NCBI GenBank assembly: GCA_000934665.2
Contig: KZ538416.1
Coordinates: 1 to 64,000 of the forward strand
Direction: 5' to 3'
DNA length: 64,000 bases
Source: Catajapyx aquilonaris
Taxonomy: Eukaryota
A program made the translations under genes and the position numbers. The notes below the pieces were generated by a model. The model was not told where the DNA came from, did not search any database, and saw only the letters and a list, made by a program, of their open reading frames with translations. Below, piece after piece: positions 14,461-28,434 of this stretch; within the stretch, counting starts at the first letter, position 1, and every line of letters begins with the position of its first letter.

Positions 14461-17400
14461 TTCTATATAGCGCCTTATATTGTGATTTGAAAATGTAAAA
14501 ATATATTTCCAAATGGCAAATTCAAAACGCCCCGTTTTGCAATACCGGAATACGTGGATATGACAAAGCTAAGTTTTGCTTTTCCATCTGACATTATAAT
14601 GAACAATCTATAGCCTACCGTGATCTCCACTAACAATATTGTGGAGGTAGGCGGACGATAATAATGATCCTGGAAAGGATCCTTTGAGATTTCTCCGTTC
14701 CGTTTCCTTCGCTGATTGGTGATAAGTACTATCGTGCGGCGGCGAAACGCTCTTCGGAGCCATAACGCCAGATCCATATTAACCAAACAATGCTCTAGTG
14801 GGCCCACGGTTCATGTCTCTTAGGGACTATTCGAGTATTCGATGCATTCATCCAAGAAAGGACGAAATTTGAACACGAAAGTACGTTCTAATTGCTATTT
14901 CCAGCTTGCGCGAATTTACATATTGTTAAACTGTGATATGAGATAACTGTTATATTACTGGTTTGCACTGGAGAGAATAACTTAACATGGTTTTGTAGTG
15001 TTAAACACGGAGTAAAGAGGTGCGCCTGACATATGGAATGGAGAGTGGGGGGTAACACGCAGTGTCTCATATCATGTATAATTTCGTCTGCTGCAGCCCA
15101 CTTGCACTTGGGAAATTATCACCTACTATATAGATCATGTGAGCAGTGTAATTCTGACGACTGGTTACTTTGTTTCCCGGCAGAAATGCGACTTCTGTTT
15201 TCCTCTTCATTATATACAGCACGCTTCCCCACTTATCCCACTTGAATAATGTAGTACACTGCACTAATAGGCACAACCAGTAATTTGGAGCGACCTTCCG
15301 TTGATTGCTGGCCTAACCTTCAATTTTTCGTTGTCATATTACTTTAAAGGTAACTACTTCGTTGCCAGTATCAGACTGCACCTGCTAGCTACATTTTGTG
15401 TCATTAATGTAGCGAACGAGCTATTAATGTCGTAATTATATGTCACATAACCTCTAACCAAATTGTTTGTATAACTTCAGGGCTTTTACAGATCATACGT
15501 TGCTATATGCACTTTCACTGTACAGTTCTGCGTCAATATCTTGATTTCGCTCGATGCAAAATAAGAATAATCAGCATTGCAAATATACTGTACCTGTATA
15601 TACTCTTGCTCTTAGGTTTCCAGTTGCTATATTCCAAGGCTAAACTACCCTAGTTGATTTAGAAGTGTTCGGTTCTGGAAGTAATCGGATGCTAAGTTAA
15701 ATTTTCTGGGTAATACATCGTGTGGGCGAGTTCCTTCCCTAAAAACCCGTGTCACATGCCGTAACCTTGGAAGTAACAAAATTTAACGCCGCGCCGGTAA
15801 TTATCTTCTCAATGGTGCCGAAATCTCCTAAAGCAACTACAGTAGCATAATTTAGTCTTAGAAATCCGTGCCGTTCGTATCATGCTGGATATCCCATGTC
15901 TTTTGAATCTCTATAGGCAGGTATACGAATGAAACATTAAAATTGTAAATAAGTAATGTTTTCAGAGAACACTCATGATGAGAAGAGTAGATCATTATGA
16001 ATTTATGCTGCGTAATGGGCTGCGTTCTATATGCAGACCACTGCGATGTGTTTAAGTAGTATTGACTGTATGAAAGAGTAAATACTGGTACGGCTTATTA
16101 AGCCTTAAAGGGACCATGCCAGTACCCTGCACTCCTTCGACAATACTCGTATAATAATTATTTGGGCTCTAAAAATCGAGGGGGATCTTGACTTGAGGGT
16201 GACCTTATTCTCTGAGGTCATGTGAAAAACATAGCATATTCGGTCAAGGTCAGAAATGACCTTCGGCAGTTGACAACCCTCGCAGTGACGTTGCGGTATG
16301 ACTGAGAATACATCCAACATGCTATACAGCAGAACATACGGTATGACCTGAAATCGCATATCGCCTGGTTATTTTACACTAAAAGTTACCGCGGTATTGA
16401 ATATTGAGAAAAACCGTTTAATCTCTATCTTTGCAATGGCGTGATGCAAATGTGCTGTTTATATGATAAAGCAGTTTTTTTTAGATATATGTATTTTTAG
16501 ATTTGGGTCGTAATCATTGGAACCCTGTACAGTACTGGTATATGGGTAATAGGGCAGGCTGATTGGGATTGTGCTATCTGTTAAGAAACGTTTTGGCCAA
16601 ATTATCCTGGCTTTTTACAATGTCAAAAAGAAAGAAAGGACATTGGCCTATCTGTTGCAGGATCTGTCTGAGTGTCACAGTTGAATGTGACGTAGGGGCA
16701 ATTGGACCATCGCCTTTCCTCCCGGCAGACTGAGTTATCTGACCATGTATCTGACCTTGCTTGAACCAGGGCCACCTGCTTGAACAGCCCCTTTTTGTTT
16801 TGGACTCACTCCCCTTTTGAGCTTCACGATGTGAGGGTGTCTGGAGAAGCTGCTGATACTGACATTTAAGTAAGTTATTCAGTGTTATATTGGGTTTGGG
16901 AGTCCCCGTTGTTGATGGTATTGTTGAACCGGGATTCAGGGTTCATTGTTGAGGGATTTGGGTGCAGGTTGAACGCACGTCAAGTGTGAGGTTCAGTAAG
17001 TTGTATGTCCTATTCTTCCCATGGTTATATCATCAGGTACTCTCTCACTTTAAAGTGTGATGTTCAGTGAGTTTGTATGACCTATCCTCCCCCATTATTG
17101 CATCATCAAGTGTTCTTTATTTTGGAGTACATTGTTGCAAAGGTTAAATGAGCAATGTACGGATTGATTCACTGATTGTGATGAGGTTTATTTGATAGAT
17201 GTGCTGGATGCAACAGGGGAAAGGAAGGGGGATTCAAAGCATATGTCATAAGGTGCTGAAAAGCAGGTGCAAGGCCAGAGTTGTGTGTATTATGGTTTGA
17301 TGGGCATTAAATGGGGCAAATTGTCGTTACATGATCATTAAGTCCACTGCGCTTGATTTATCTCGAACCTATGACCTATAGGTTCCGTTTGGGCCTCCTC

Positions 17401-17914
17401 TCCGACTATGATACTCAGCTTATGTTGCTGTAATTTTTATTGAAGTTGTTCTTAATAATATTTGATGAAAAAGTGGGACTGGGTTTTGCTTACTCGCGGC
17501 TGGTTGCACCAGAGCAAGATTCAAATTCAGGTATGGGTCTACCCTTGTTATCCATTATTGTTGTCAACAATTAACTAACAAGTAATAACACAGGTCGATC
17601 CATACATGAACCTTAATCTTGCTATGGCGTACTGGCCCCTGTAAAAAAAAAACAACTTTTAACCGCGCGTGTGTGTGTGCTTTCAGCCAACTATTGTGTG
17701 TAATATAAATAGTATAGTACGGTGCACATAAACAGCATAGTGTGTTATGAGTGTACATAGAGTTTTTCCATTGAAAATTCACTTCGATGAAAAAATGTTG
17801 CTTGATTTGACCCCTTGCAGAGAAGTGTTGACGAGAGTGTTGAGTACCATTCAGCTCCTCAAACATATCCGTAAAATATGTCTGCTATCACAAACTCATG
17901 CATTTATAATAATG

Positions 17915-18165
17915 GATAGCCCGTGATAGGCCTCCTTGGGCCTCTGGGATCATCTTTTCGTGAACCGTCTTTATTAATTGCCTGCGCTGTGATGGACTTT
18001 GATGAGGGGAGCAAACGGGAGAACCCCGAGAAAACCCACGCGAACACGGAGAGAACACATCGAAACTCGATCCACATAAGTATCCTCCGTCCGGCCCGGG
18101 GATCGAACTCGGGACCTCAGAGGTGGAAGGGTGCGGCGCTAATCACTTCACCACCGTGTCGCCCT
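17915..18165 (-). mobile_element. tRNA-derived SINE family B (other copies ~29445-29700 and ~34055-34290)
   Basis: Minus strand GGGCGACACGGTGGTGAAGTGATTAGCGC (A-box-like) and GAGTTCGATCCC (B box); body recurs at the other two sites. Confidence 0.7.
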
Positions 18166-19351
18166 CCTATAACACACACTCATTTGTAATCATTGCATCT
18201 GCTTCCCCTGGATAGCTGCTTGCCTTCAAATTATAAGTGCAGTTTGATTGGATCGTAGCGAACTCGGTAGCGGGCGCGGATAGAGTAGAATATATTAGGA
18301 TATGGTGAACGTTGCAGATTTCTCGCCGAACTACGGCTCAAACATAAAACTCGTACACAGTATTCACTCATTTTTGTTATCAAATTATTCATTATTGCAC
18401 ATAAACGGCAAAAAAAAAGGTTGAATCAAAGCTCGCCACCCCCAGCGACCCTGCCCGCTACCCCTAGATTGGAAACCTTGATTAAGAGTGCCCCAACCCA
18501 CTCCATACTGGAGAACCCGGTGGGCATCGGAACCTATCCTTACTCCCAAGTCACAATAATAATCCGTAAATCCCAATCATTAATCCCCAAATTAACCAGA
18601 CGTTACAGTATGTGGTAAGTTGGGGTAAGTGCGACGGATTTAGATTGGTTGCAGTTTAAAGGCAGGCTACTCTCCTCAGTAATTAGCAAGTGAGAAAAAA
18701 AGTAATGTGGCCTATTGCATAACAATCATCTATGTGGATGCTCCGAAAAATAATTATTAAAATATGCACGTGGTGCTTAGTGGTCCACTTGCCCTGTGAT
18801 ATGGGGTAACTGCATATGTGGATTTCCCTTGCAGCAATACACATTGTTCGGGTTGCATAGGACTATAGTGCCACAAAGACACAAACTTCCTCTGTCAGCT
18901 CTCAGCTGTATATTCCGAATAAAAAATTCGGAGAAGTTATTATAGGACAAACTTTTGTTCACTGCTCCCCAACAGACTGGCTAACAATACTGACATTATC
19001 TGATTAAAATGCAATATGTGGAAGTGTTTTCACACCAGCTGTGTTCGAAATTAGCCTGTTGAATTTTGCAGAATATCTATTGCTGGTGACCACAAAAATA
19101 CTAAAACTCCTACGTAGTATAAAGTTTTAAAAACCATCCTAATTATTCCACCAAACCAGTTAAATATAACAGCGTGATAGTACACCTTAGCGGCTTAAAC
19201 TCATGCAGACAGTGCTGGCGCTGTTACACAGCATGAGATACAATAGCCCTACTCATCAGATTTTCTGCAAAAGATGCATACTCGCCAGAAAAGTTAAAAC
19301 ACCAGGTTGAGCTGGGCGGCAATTTTTTTATCAATGTGACGAAAGAGAGAT

Positions 19352-19963
<612 letters not shown>

Positions 19964-19990
19964 AAACAAGCTGTTCACATTAGAAGCAAT

Positions 19991-20749
19991 GGGGACCTAG
20001 TCTTGGTCTGGGATTTGGAATTTTTGTTCCTAGCCCATGCCTGTAAACACACATTCCATCACTCTGTTGCATCAAGATGACATTACTGGATAAATTACAG
20101 CATAGTTAAAAGTGCCTTCAAAATTGGCGGGAACAGGGCAGCCGAGTGGTGCCAATCGAAGGGTACACTGAAATGCCTGGTTGACTGCGAGAGATGAGGA
20201 ATTTGATTTGGAATTTAGTGCGAATACGACGGAAAAGGCTGTAGGCCATCGATGTGGAGAAAGGGGGCCTTTATGTTCCGAATTCGGGAAACAGATAATT
20301 CCGAGCTGCTGGCATTTTATTATATTCCCGAAGCGGTTTGAACGTAAAAACGCGCCCCGACCGCTATGCTCACGCTTCTTGACTCTTCACTCCTTCCGGC
20401 ACACAGCGGGATGGGTTCGCCCCGGGGCGACCTGCCCGCCCTCCGAACCGAGCTCTGCGACGCTCTGGCACAGCAGCGCATGCACAAGGAATATGTCGGT
20501 TGCTAACAACAACAACGAATAAGCATTTTACGACCATGCCGGGGCACGTTCTATAACATCATTCTTGCCTTCTTTTCACTTTTCGTGACGTTAACATTTT
20601 CGTAGCACAGTGACGTCACCATGTCCTAGAGAAAAAAACGCTAATGAACTGAAGTCTGAAACTGATTTCTTAAAACGAAATACGCCAAAAAAATCCAAAA
20701 AATATGGCCGAATTTATGATGTAGTGTACAAAATGAAGGCTAGGACCCC
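19991..20749. mobile_element. Non-autonomous TIR DNA transposon, GGGG...CCCC termini (copy 1)
   Basis: GGGGACCTAGTCTT...AAGGCTAGGACCCC; absent from the paralog (AAGCAAT|TCCGCAC at ~35133); homologous throughout to 56480-57163. Confidence 0.8.
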
Positions 20750-21614
20750 ATTCAGAACTTGCCCCATTCCCACACTTACCCTACGTGTCGTACCCTATAT
20801 TATTGTGTTGGGGTAAGAGGGGGAAAAAATAACACTCATCAGTCATCACTCATGTCTCCTAGCCATCCCCTTAGCAAGAGTGGAGGTGCACTTCAAGGGG
20901 TATTTCTTCCTTACTGCACATGTATAAGTATATGGGAGGGAAGGGGACATTTTACACGCGGTCATACAAAGCTCTACACTTTGTCACTGCTTTTCGTCGT
21001 AAGTGCTGTTTGTGCCACCGCATCGCTCAAACCACCCCATTAAAATTTTACCAATTTAATGTTGGAAAGGCAATCTTCTCATTATTTTCGTGGTTTTTTC
21101 TCCAGAAATATGCTTCTATAACTTTTTATACCGCATGTCTTCATAATTTAACGATTTAGAGCATTTAGATGACAAAAATACACAGAAATCATTTTGACCA
21201 ACTTGTCGACCCAAATATCCCACTGTGCGTCGCTTATTTTCTCCCCCAGTGCACAGTTTCCGATCGCCTTGGAATCTTGAATTCAAACGGCCGCCAGCCT
21301 GGGTGACATCATGAGATGTCTGCGCGCGGATTGGCCGGGGTTGTGATGGCGCTACCTTTTCCTTTCAAGCAAATGATGAAAATATTATTTTTTCGTTTTT
21401 AAACATTTTAAATAAAAATATAATAAAATCGGTAGTTTTCCCGAAAATACGATAATTTTTCAAGGTGTGTTAGCGTGGTTGGTACCTTCGGTTGGTAGCG
21501 AGGTTGGTAGGCTGTTACTTGGATGGCGATATTTCAACGGCCCGCACCATATCCAAGTGGACTCAAAAACCCTGGTTTACTTGCATGCGGTTGAGTGCAT
21601 GAGTGTAGTACGTG

Positions 21615-21953
21615 ATGAGGGACATAGTAGATAAGTTTGCACCAGTAGTACCTGCGATCACATTCCCCTGCTTTCCTCCCGATGAGGAAATAGAGGACAA
21701 CTATGCACATAGTGTTGATTGCCCCGCATGTGAAACCCGGTTTGGCAAAGTTTTGATGCCCAGGAAGAAGAAGGATGGACGGCGTAAGAGACCGTCGGGC
21801 CAAAAGAGGAACCAGGCTGACCAAGATGGGTCTGCTAAGAAGCGAGCATCCTCAGCATCAGGTGGAGTGGGTGGCTCCAAGGGCATGTCTGGGGCCGTAC
21901 GAAGCGACAAGAAGGTGATGCCCAAGAGTGGGGCTGAAAAGAGCAAGATGAAG
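21615..21953 (+). CDS. F-box/LRR-repeat protein (FBXL-like), exon 1: CxxC and Lys/Arg-rich N-terminus
   Basis: ATG at 21615, open frame to donor AAG|GTAAAG (phase 0), which joins the F-box exon in frame. Confidence 0.65.
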
Positions 21954-22024
21954 GTAAAGCAGCTGTTGGGAATGTAGGCTAACCTGAACACACCAGCACT
22001 GAATAGCAGCATGTTTTAGTATAC

Positions 22025-22257
22025 CAGGGGTCGAAAAATATTCAGATGCAAAGGTGCAATGTGCACTCCAAAATTGTCATCTGCACTCCAAACTGAGCCT
22101 TGGAGTGCAAAGTTTGCACTCCAGTTGGGTCTGCTTTTACACATGGCTATACCCAGTAATTAAAAATTAAGCACTCCAAGTAGGCGATGTGCATTCCAGA
22201 TTAAAGTCTGGAGTGCAAACTTTGCATCTGGACAAAAATTTTAACATTCGACCCCTG
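22025..22257. mobile_element. MITE with CAGGGGTCGAA TIRs
   Basis: CAGGGGTCGAA...TTCGACCCCTG, with internal repeated TGCACTCCA/TGGAGTGCA motifs. Confidence 0.65.
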
Positions 22258-22564
22258 GTGTACCATTTGAAAAATTGGGTATCATCTCGCAATATCACAA
22301 AAATTGTTCTTATTGTCAGTTTTCTGGAAAGTCAGGAGTGATGTTACCACCTAGAAATTTTATGCCCATGTCTGTGTAAATGAAATGGCATGTGCATGAT
22401 TGCTGCACATGTCAATTGAGTGTTAGGGTAGGGCAAAGTAGACCTTTGAATCTGGGTGAATGGAACTATCACAGCAAGCTAGGAAAATATTCATGTGTAA
22501 GAATTCTCCCTCAGTGTGCATGATGCAAGACCCGTATTGTCTAATTACATAACTTCAATTTCAG

Positions 22565-22964
22565 GGGGAAAAAACCACAGCGACTGACCTCTTACAAGAT
22601 GTAGTAGTCAAGATATTTGCGTATCTCTCCAAGAGGGATCTCAAGAACGTAGCCCTTGTTTGCAAGGCATGGAGTGAGTGTGCCTTGGACTCACGACTGT
22701 GGAAGTCAATATCACTTGATGGCAGAAGGCTACCCAGCGTGACAGTTGCTGTTGCGCTGCTACAGGGAATGCCCCAGTTGAAGAAGCTGGAGTTGTTGCA
22801 ATGGAGTGGAAATGATACTAAGAAAATTATCTGCACTGTTTGGAGAACTGCTCCCAACCTGGAATGCCTATATCTGCAAGATATCTACTGCTTGGAAGAT
22901 GTACTTATACGCCTGCCCCAAAAATTCATGAAGCTTAAGGAGATCTCCCTTGTCCACATGAAGG
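22565..22964 (+). CDS. F-box/LRR-repeat protein, exon 2 (F-box domain and first LRRs)
   Basis: Acceptor TTTCAG; translates TDLLQDVVVKIFAYLSKRDLKNVALVCKAWSECALDSRLWKSISL (F-box consensus), then LRR-like PQLKKLEL and PNLECLYL; donor G|GTAAG. Confidence 0.85.
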
Positions 22965-23780
22965 GTAAGACAACATATCTGAACCTTAATTTCATTCCTA
23001 GCCTCATGAAGACAAATACACCATATGCTATCACATTCAAACAGCTTACACACCAATTAATACACTAATACCTCGATATAACACTCCCGCATATAATGCT
23101 GCCCCGCTTTTAAAACCCATTTTTTCTGGTCCCTTGATCATCCCCTTAACCTTTTGACGCTTGAATTTTTGTGGCTGTTTTAGCCTCTCTTTGACAAAAT
23201 TTTGTAGTAGGAGTAGCCTAATATTGATGAAAATCAATATGCTCCAATATTGATCATTTCAACTCGTGGTGGTCCTTTTGAATGTAAATTGCCGAAAATA
23301 TTCATCTACAGGGTGTTCCAGAAATTTTAAAAAAGTGCAATTAACTTTATGTAATTACATTTATTTAGCTTTTTAAAGTCACTATAAAATTGTTACTATG
23401 ATTGCAAAATAATACTAAAACACTGTACTATGAGAAATTCCTAAGAGTCCAGACTTACGGTACACCCTGTTCTGATGCTGCAGGAAGGGGTATGTTTAGC
23501 TCACGGTGGGAGGCGGAAAAACTGATTGGCATATGCACTGGTAGTTGAGCCCAGTTGGCAGTATGGGAGCATTGAGCAAGTGCAACAACTAATGAATAAC
23601 ACGGCATTTTTTTTTCTATCCACTTTAGATGTATGAGGGTCCATGTGGGATGGTGTAACGAGGTGGGCATTGTCACCAAGTGTTAAACATGATGTGTACG
23701 TTGCGGAGAGGCAGCTTATGTGAACTATGCCCCTGGTTAATCACTATGGTTTTGGGTACCAGTACTTCAGGGGATATTTT

Positions 23781-23900
23781 CTGATAATCCGCCAAAATTG
23801 TAATTATAAAAATAAATTGTAAAAAATGGGTGTGTATGTGTCCCCCAATACAGGCGTATGCCTGAGCACGGGGTATGAAAATAAATAAATAATATAATAA
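23781..23900 (+). mobile_element. 3' end fragment of the RTE-X-like LINE family at 50482-52837
   Basis: TGGGTGTGTATGTGTCCCCCAATACAGGC....GCCTGAGCACGGGGTATGAAAATAAA matches 52757-52815, followed by a (TAAA)-like tail. Confidence 0.8.
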
Positions 23901-24216
23901 AATCTTTTCGGGGTCTGCATGTTACGCAGGTCAGGCCAGGCTAATGTGGTTTATAAGCATCCACATGGGCTACATTGCAACAGTAAAGGCATTAATTTCC
24001 TGAGAAAAGGGTGAATTAAATCACATTTCCTGTATATAACGAATTCCCACTTACAATGCTACATTTGGGCGGTCCCTTGAAGAGCATTATAACAAGATTT
24101 TACTGTATAAATACCGTTTGCTGCAGTGCTGCCAGTGCTTTAGAGCAGGGGTTCTTAACCTTTCCGGGTCTCCGCACCCCTTTGAAGACAGTTGATCCTT
24201 GTCGCACCCCCTATAC

Positions 24217-24702
24217 CAGGGCTATTCAATTGGCGGACCGCGACGCAATTTTGTCCAGACCGCGACGATATACAGGACAGTTTGAAGTAGCATTTGAAAT
24301 TACTAATTCATCATTTTTTTGGAAAAAGTGCTACCAATTTCATCAAATGCACACCCATTCAAATGGTCCACATTCACCTAAGCTGGTGTGACATTGAACC
24401 CCCCCCCTCCCCCCCCCCCAAAAAAAAAATCGCTCCCCGCACTTTACGGCTTGTTTACCTTGTGCTTATGAAATGGGCCCCCCTCCGAAATTCTTTCTGC
24501 CTATTACATCATAACAGGGCGAAAATGTCTTAATATGTCCTGTCTTATTGCTAGACCCTCCTACACTTGCTGCACATATTTCTATTTTCGGAAATGAACC
24601 CTGTGGTATCCACATCTTTACTCGTGGGGGGGGTTTCCAGACCTTCAATGGCCCAGGAAAGGTAAATATTGGACCTTGTCATAAACTAGTTGAGTAGCCC
24701 TG
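24217..24702. mobile_element. Nested hAT MITE 1
   Basis: TIR CAGGGCTATTCAA / TTGAGTAGCCCTG; 8-bp TSD CCCTATAC (24209-24216 and 24703-24710). Confidence 0.85.
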
Positions 24703-24746
24703 CCCTATACCACGGGTGATTGATTAAGTTCATAGTTAGACTAAGT

Positions 24747-25229
24747 CAGCGGTTCCCAACCTTTTTTCACTTACGTACCCTCTGGCGGCCCATTCCCATA
24801 AATTGTACCCCTTATCCCTAATGGAGAATGTTTGTAATAAATACCTGCTGTTATTTAAAATATAGGCTGTAACTGGAAATAAATTAATCAGCAATAGGAT
24901 AATAATGCAAAGCAACCATAAGATATACAAAGCATATATTTTTACATTCAAATTCAAATGATACTTAAAGATTAACACATGTAATTATTATTAATAGTTA
25001 ATATGCGCACACACTTCCATATATTTGGAATCTTGTTTCATGAATAACATAGCACACAGGAAATGTTCAGTGAGATCCTTGACCTTGTTTTGAAGCACAT
25101 AATTTCTTGAAATCTGACTGAACATATTTGCCAGGTGCAATAGACTATATATTGATTAATCCGCCATTGCTCCTTTTCTTTCGCGTACCCCTGACCATCC
25201 TGCGGCGTACCCCAGGTTGGGAACCGCTG
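24747..25229. mobile_element. Nested hAT MITE 2
   Basis: TIR CAGCGGTTCCCAACCT / AGGTTGGGAACCGCTG; 8-bp TSD GACTAAGT (24739-24746 and 25230-25237). Confidence 0.85.
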
Positions 25230-25669
25230 GACTAAGTCATGAGGTGCACCTTGCTCGCACCCCCTGGGGGTGTGGGCACCCCAGGTTAAGAACCACTGCT
25301 TTAGAGAGAGCATTAAGGGACTGACACAACCTAGAAGGTCCTACAGGGCCAGTGCCATTGAATATTTCCATCTGTGCCTTTGCATTCTGCGGTTTCCTTT
25401 GAGTTCTTAGAAGAATTAATTATACTCCTGGAAGTATCATTTTTCTCTACTTTTTGGAGTCACCTTGTAAATCAAGTGCAGTTCCCCAATTCTTTTTGGC
25501 TACCATCTCTTGGGTTAAGCTACATCCTCCTCCCTGCCCCACCTTCTCACACTGCAGTTACACAGGGTAATAATTTTCACAACTGGCTACGAAAGATTGC
25601 AGTAAAAATCGTAATAACAACTGAATTAACATTTACTCAATCTTGAAAAAAGAATGTGTATTAAGTTAA

Positions 25670-26530
25670 CAATAATTATTATTATTCAATATTTATACTG
25701 ACAAGGGAAGGTCCCCAGGTGATAATGACAGATCTTGATGAAACTTAACATGCTAATACAGGACAGTATATGATAACTAAAAATGAAACATTTCGGGCAG
25801 AACTTCTGACGTCTTAAAGTGCCAAAAATAATACATTTTCATGCATAATGGATTACATTATCAACCACATAATAATAATGACTTTGAAGTGTGTAATCAG
25901 TTTCTAGACGACTTCTCATTGGAAAAAAGTCCTATGGAACGGCTCTGTCTGTTCGTCCGTCCATGGAAACTAATTTCAAAATCCAACGATAACCTGCCCG
26001 TCAAGTAGACTTGTGTGGATAGAATGAGCCTAGAAAACCGGAAGTGGTGGGTCACCGGAAGTTGACCATGAAACCTATTTTGGTCACGCTTAATCCGAAT
26101 ATGAAAACCATTGTCGCTATCTCTTACGGTTAGTCCTTGATACCTGTCCACATACAGACTAACAGAGCCATTCTATAAGACTTTTTTCGATGAGAAAAAA
26201 TCTAAAAACTGTTTACACACTTCAGTGTCATTATGTGTGGTCGCTAAGGTAATCCCAATACACCCAATCGCACTTGACCCGTGACTCTGACACACCCTGT
26301 ATTGTCATGTATTAGCATGTTAACCCTGTAATGCCCACTGGGTCATATCTGGCACACAGTTTAGTGCAATTTTTGCAATTTTTGCAATTTTTATATTTCC
26401 TGTAAGTGCCAAATTGCACTAAATGGTGTGCCAGATATGACCCAAGGGGCATTACAGGGTTAAGTTTCATCAAGATCCGTCCTTATCACCGGGGACCTTC
26501 CCTTGGAGCAAAAAACGACAACAATTATTT
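25670..26530. mobile_element. Foldback element with long imperfect inverted arms (approximate limits)
   Basis: CAAGGGAAGGTCCCCAGGTGATAATGACAGATCTTGATGAAACTTAACATGCTAATACA is inverted at ~26308-26504, where it is interrupted by a piggyBac-like MITE. Confidence 0.65.
26324..26459. mobile_element. piggyBac-like MITE (TTAA TSD)
   Basis: TTAA|CCCTGTAATGCCC...GGGCATTACAGGG|TTAA with long inverted arms. Confidence 0.85.
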
Positions 26531-27009
26531 ATAATTTGATAGAAATACAGTTGAATCCGGATATAACAGTTGGCTATAACAGACTTTCGGTTATAGCCGA
26601 CTCGAAAGGTCGGTCCTGGCATACCGTACTTCCATAAGCCTTGTGAATTTTTATTCCTGATATAGGCCCCTAACACTCATTTTCACCTCACTTCCGGTAT
26701 AACATACCATTTTTGGGCCCCTCGATGGGAAAATATGCTTTCTCTGGTATAAAATTTACAAAGTAGCGATGGCAGAAGAAAATTTCGGAATTTTTTTGGT
26801 CAGACTGCATAATATTTGGTTGAGCTAATATTGCATTTTTTATGGATTTCAGTAACCAGTACGCAGTAGTGTGCATTAAGGTCATATGGAAAGCAGAAAA
26901 CTTTGTGTATTCATTGCAAAAGTGACGATTTGGCAATAACATACTTTTTTTTGTGTTCCCTTGAAGTCTGTTATATCCTAATGCAACTGTAGTAATAAAT
27001 GCAAGGGCT

Positions 27010-27290
27010 GGGAGGCATGGTGGTCTAGGGGTTATGCACTGGCCAGCCAAGCAGGAGGCCGGGGTTCAAATCCCGTCCCCGTCACCTCTGCTTGGCAGGG
27101 TCTTTTTCAGCTTTTCCCCTGACATGCCGGGGCAGAATTGAACTCCCTACTCTGCCCAGGGCCAGGAGAAAAGGTTTGGTGTATTTCAGAAAGTCAGAAA
27201 TGACTAAAATTACAGCGCCCTCCCTTGGGAACCTCCCCTTCCCCCCTAAGAGGGCTCCGCCCTATCCCAGGGTATATATATTTTTTAAAA
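27010..27290 (+). mobile_element. tRNA-derived SINE family A
   Basis: GGGAGGCATGGTGGTCTAGGGG (A box) and GGTTCAAATCCC (B box); A-rich tail; TSD AAAT(G/A)CAAGGGCTG. Confidence 0.8.
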
Positions 27291-27577
27291 AAATACAAGG
27301 GCTGGAATTCCATTACTGGCAACATACCTGTAGGACAGCAGTGAAATATGGGAAATCGACACCTATTATAGTCTTATACCACAGATAGGTTGTGGCCTTA
27401 TCTACCTCATGTCAGAATGAGATCTTCCCAATATGAAATGCGGATACATTCTTAAAAAAAGGTCGTGAGATGTCGTGACCAGTTGGCCTATTCACCATGT
27501 ATTCGAGAGATAATGTTTCTCATTCCCAGGCATTCCTTCACATAATGCAGAGAATTTGTATGTGACAGTCCCATCTC

Positions 27578-27609
<32 letters not shown>

Positions 27610-28020
27610 CATCATCATCATCATAATCATAATAATAATAATCATCATCATCATATTCATCATGGCTTTTCCCCCAAAAAACTGGGGTGCCAGCAGATAA
27701 CAAGGAGGTCCTCACTAGCCTCATACATGACCACTTATTAAAAAATTCTGGAGACTGGTCAGGTACTCGCAGAAATGGGGGTGATACAAAAGAATGCCGA
27801 CTTTTCGGGCTAGCTGAGTTGTTGGCATCGGCATATTGGAGACTTCCACTACACATGAAGGGTGAGGCAGGATAGCCATCTGAATGACGAGCTGTTGGCT
27901 ACTCCAGACCACAACACCATCACCATGCAGGGGATGAAAGAGGGCAGCAAAACCTCCAGACGCCCAAAAAGAACGTCTACTTGCCGACTGTTTGGGCTAG
28001 CTGCTAATAATAATAATAAT

Positions 28021-28379
28021 CAAATCAAATCAAATTTATTGGTACTCCCCCCGAAGGGAACTGGCGTTCCATAGTGGGGGGGGACTCATGATGGTGTTGA
28101 AACCGAACACTCTACAAAACAATGTCACAAAATTTCCGTAATTTACAAGCATCTTTGAAAAAATTATACAAATTAAGAATGTCAGGTTTAGAGCAGCCAC
28201 AGAAAACATGATAGGAATTTATTTGGTGGCGTGGAAGGCATATGGCTTAAGTAACGCTTTCTACCATTTTTAAAAAAGCGACAGGAGTAAAGAAAGTGAT
28301 GCAAGTTAAAGAAAGAGGAAGTTTCATTACAGAGAGAACAGAACTGAATATCATCGAATCTAACAACATATCCATCTAA
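28021..28379 (-). mobile_element. 5'-truncated RTE-X-like LINE fragment (related subfamily), (ATTTG)n tail
   Basis: Minus strand translates FCSLCNETSSFFNLHHFLYSCRFFKNGRKRYLSHMPSTPP, homologous to FCEWCNMQEPLTAHHIIYECRYFDTPRKINLYNLPSYPP of the 50508 ORF; TSD CTGCTAATAATAATAATAAT at 28001-28020 and 28380-28399. Confidence 0.8.
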
Positions 28380-28383
28380 CTGC

Positions 28384-28433
<50 letters not shown>

Positions 28434-28434
<1 letters not shown>

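Larger units (their letters stand above)
24146..25298. mobile_element. hAT (Charlie-type) MITE hosting two nested hAT MITEs
   Basis: TIR CAGGGGTTCTTAACCT / AGGTTAAGAACCACTG; perfect 8-bp TSD CTTTAGAG (24138-24145 and 25299-25306). Confidence 0.85.

Noticed and set aside
1..17700. Short ORFs in the first 17.7 kb
   Set aside because: No recognisable domains or consistent exon chains; many fall in palindromes or low-complexity DNA. Small exons of a long-intron gene could be missed.
27010..27085. tRNA gene
   Set aside because: The tRNA-like head continues into a repeated SINE body with a tail and TSD; the same applies to the other A/B-box hits.
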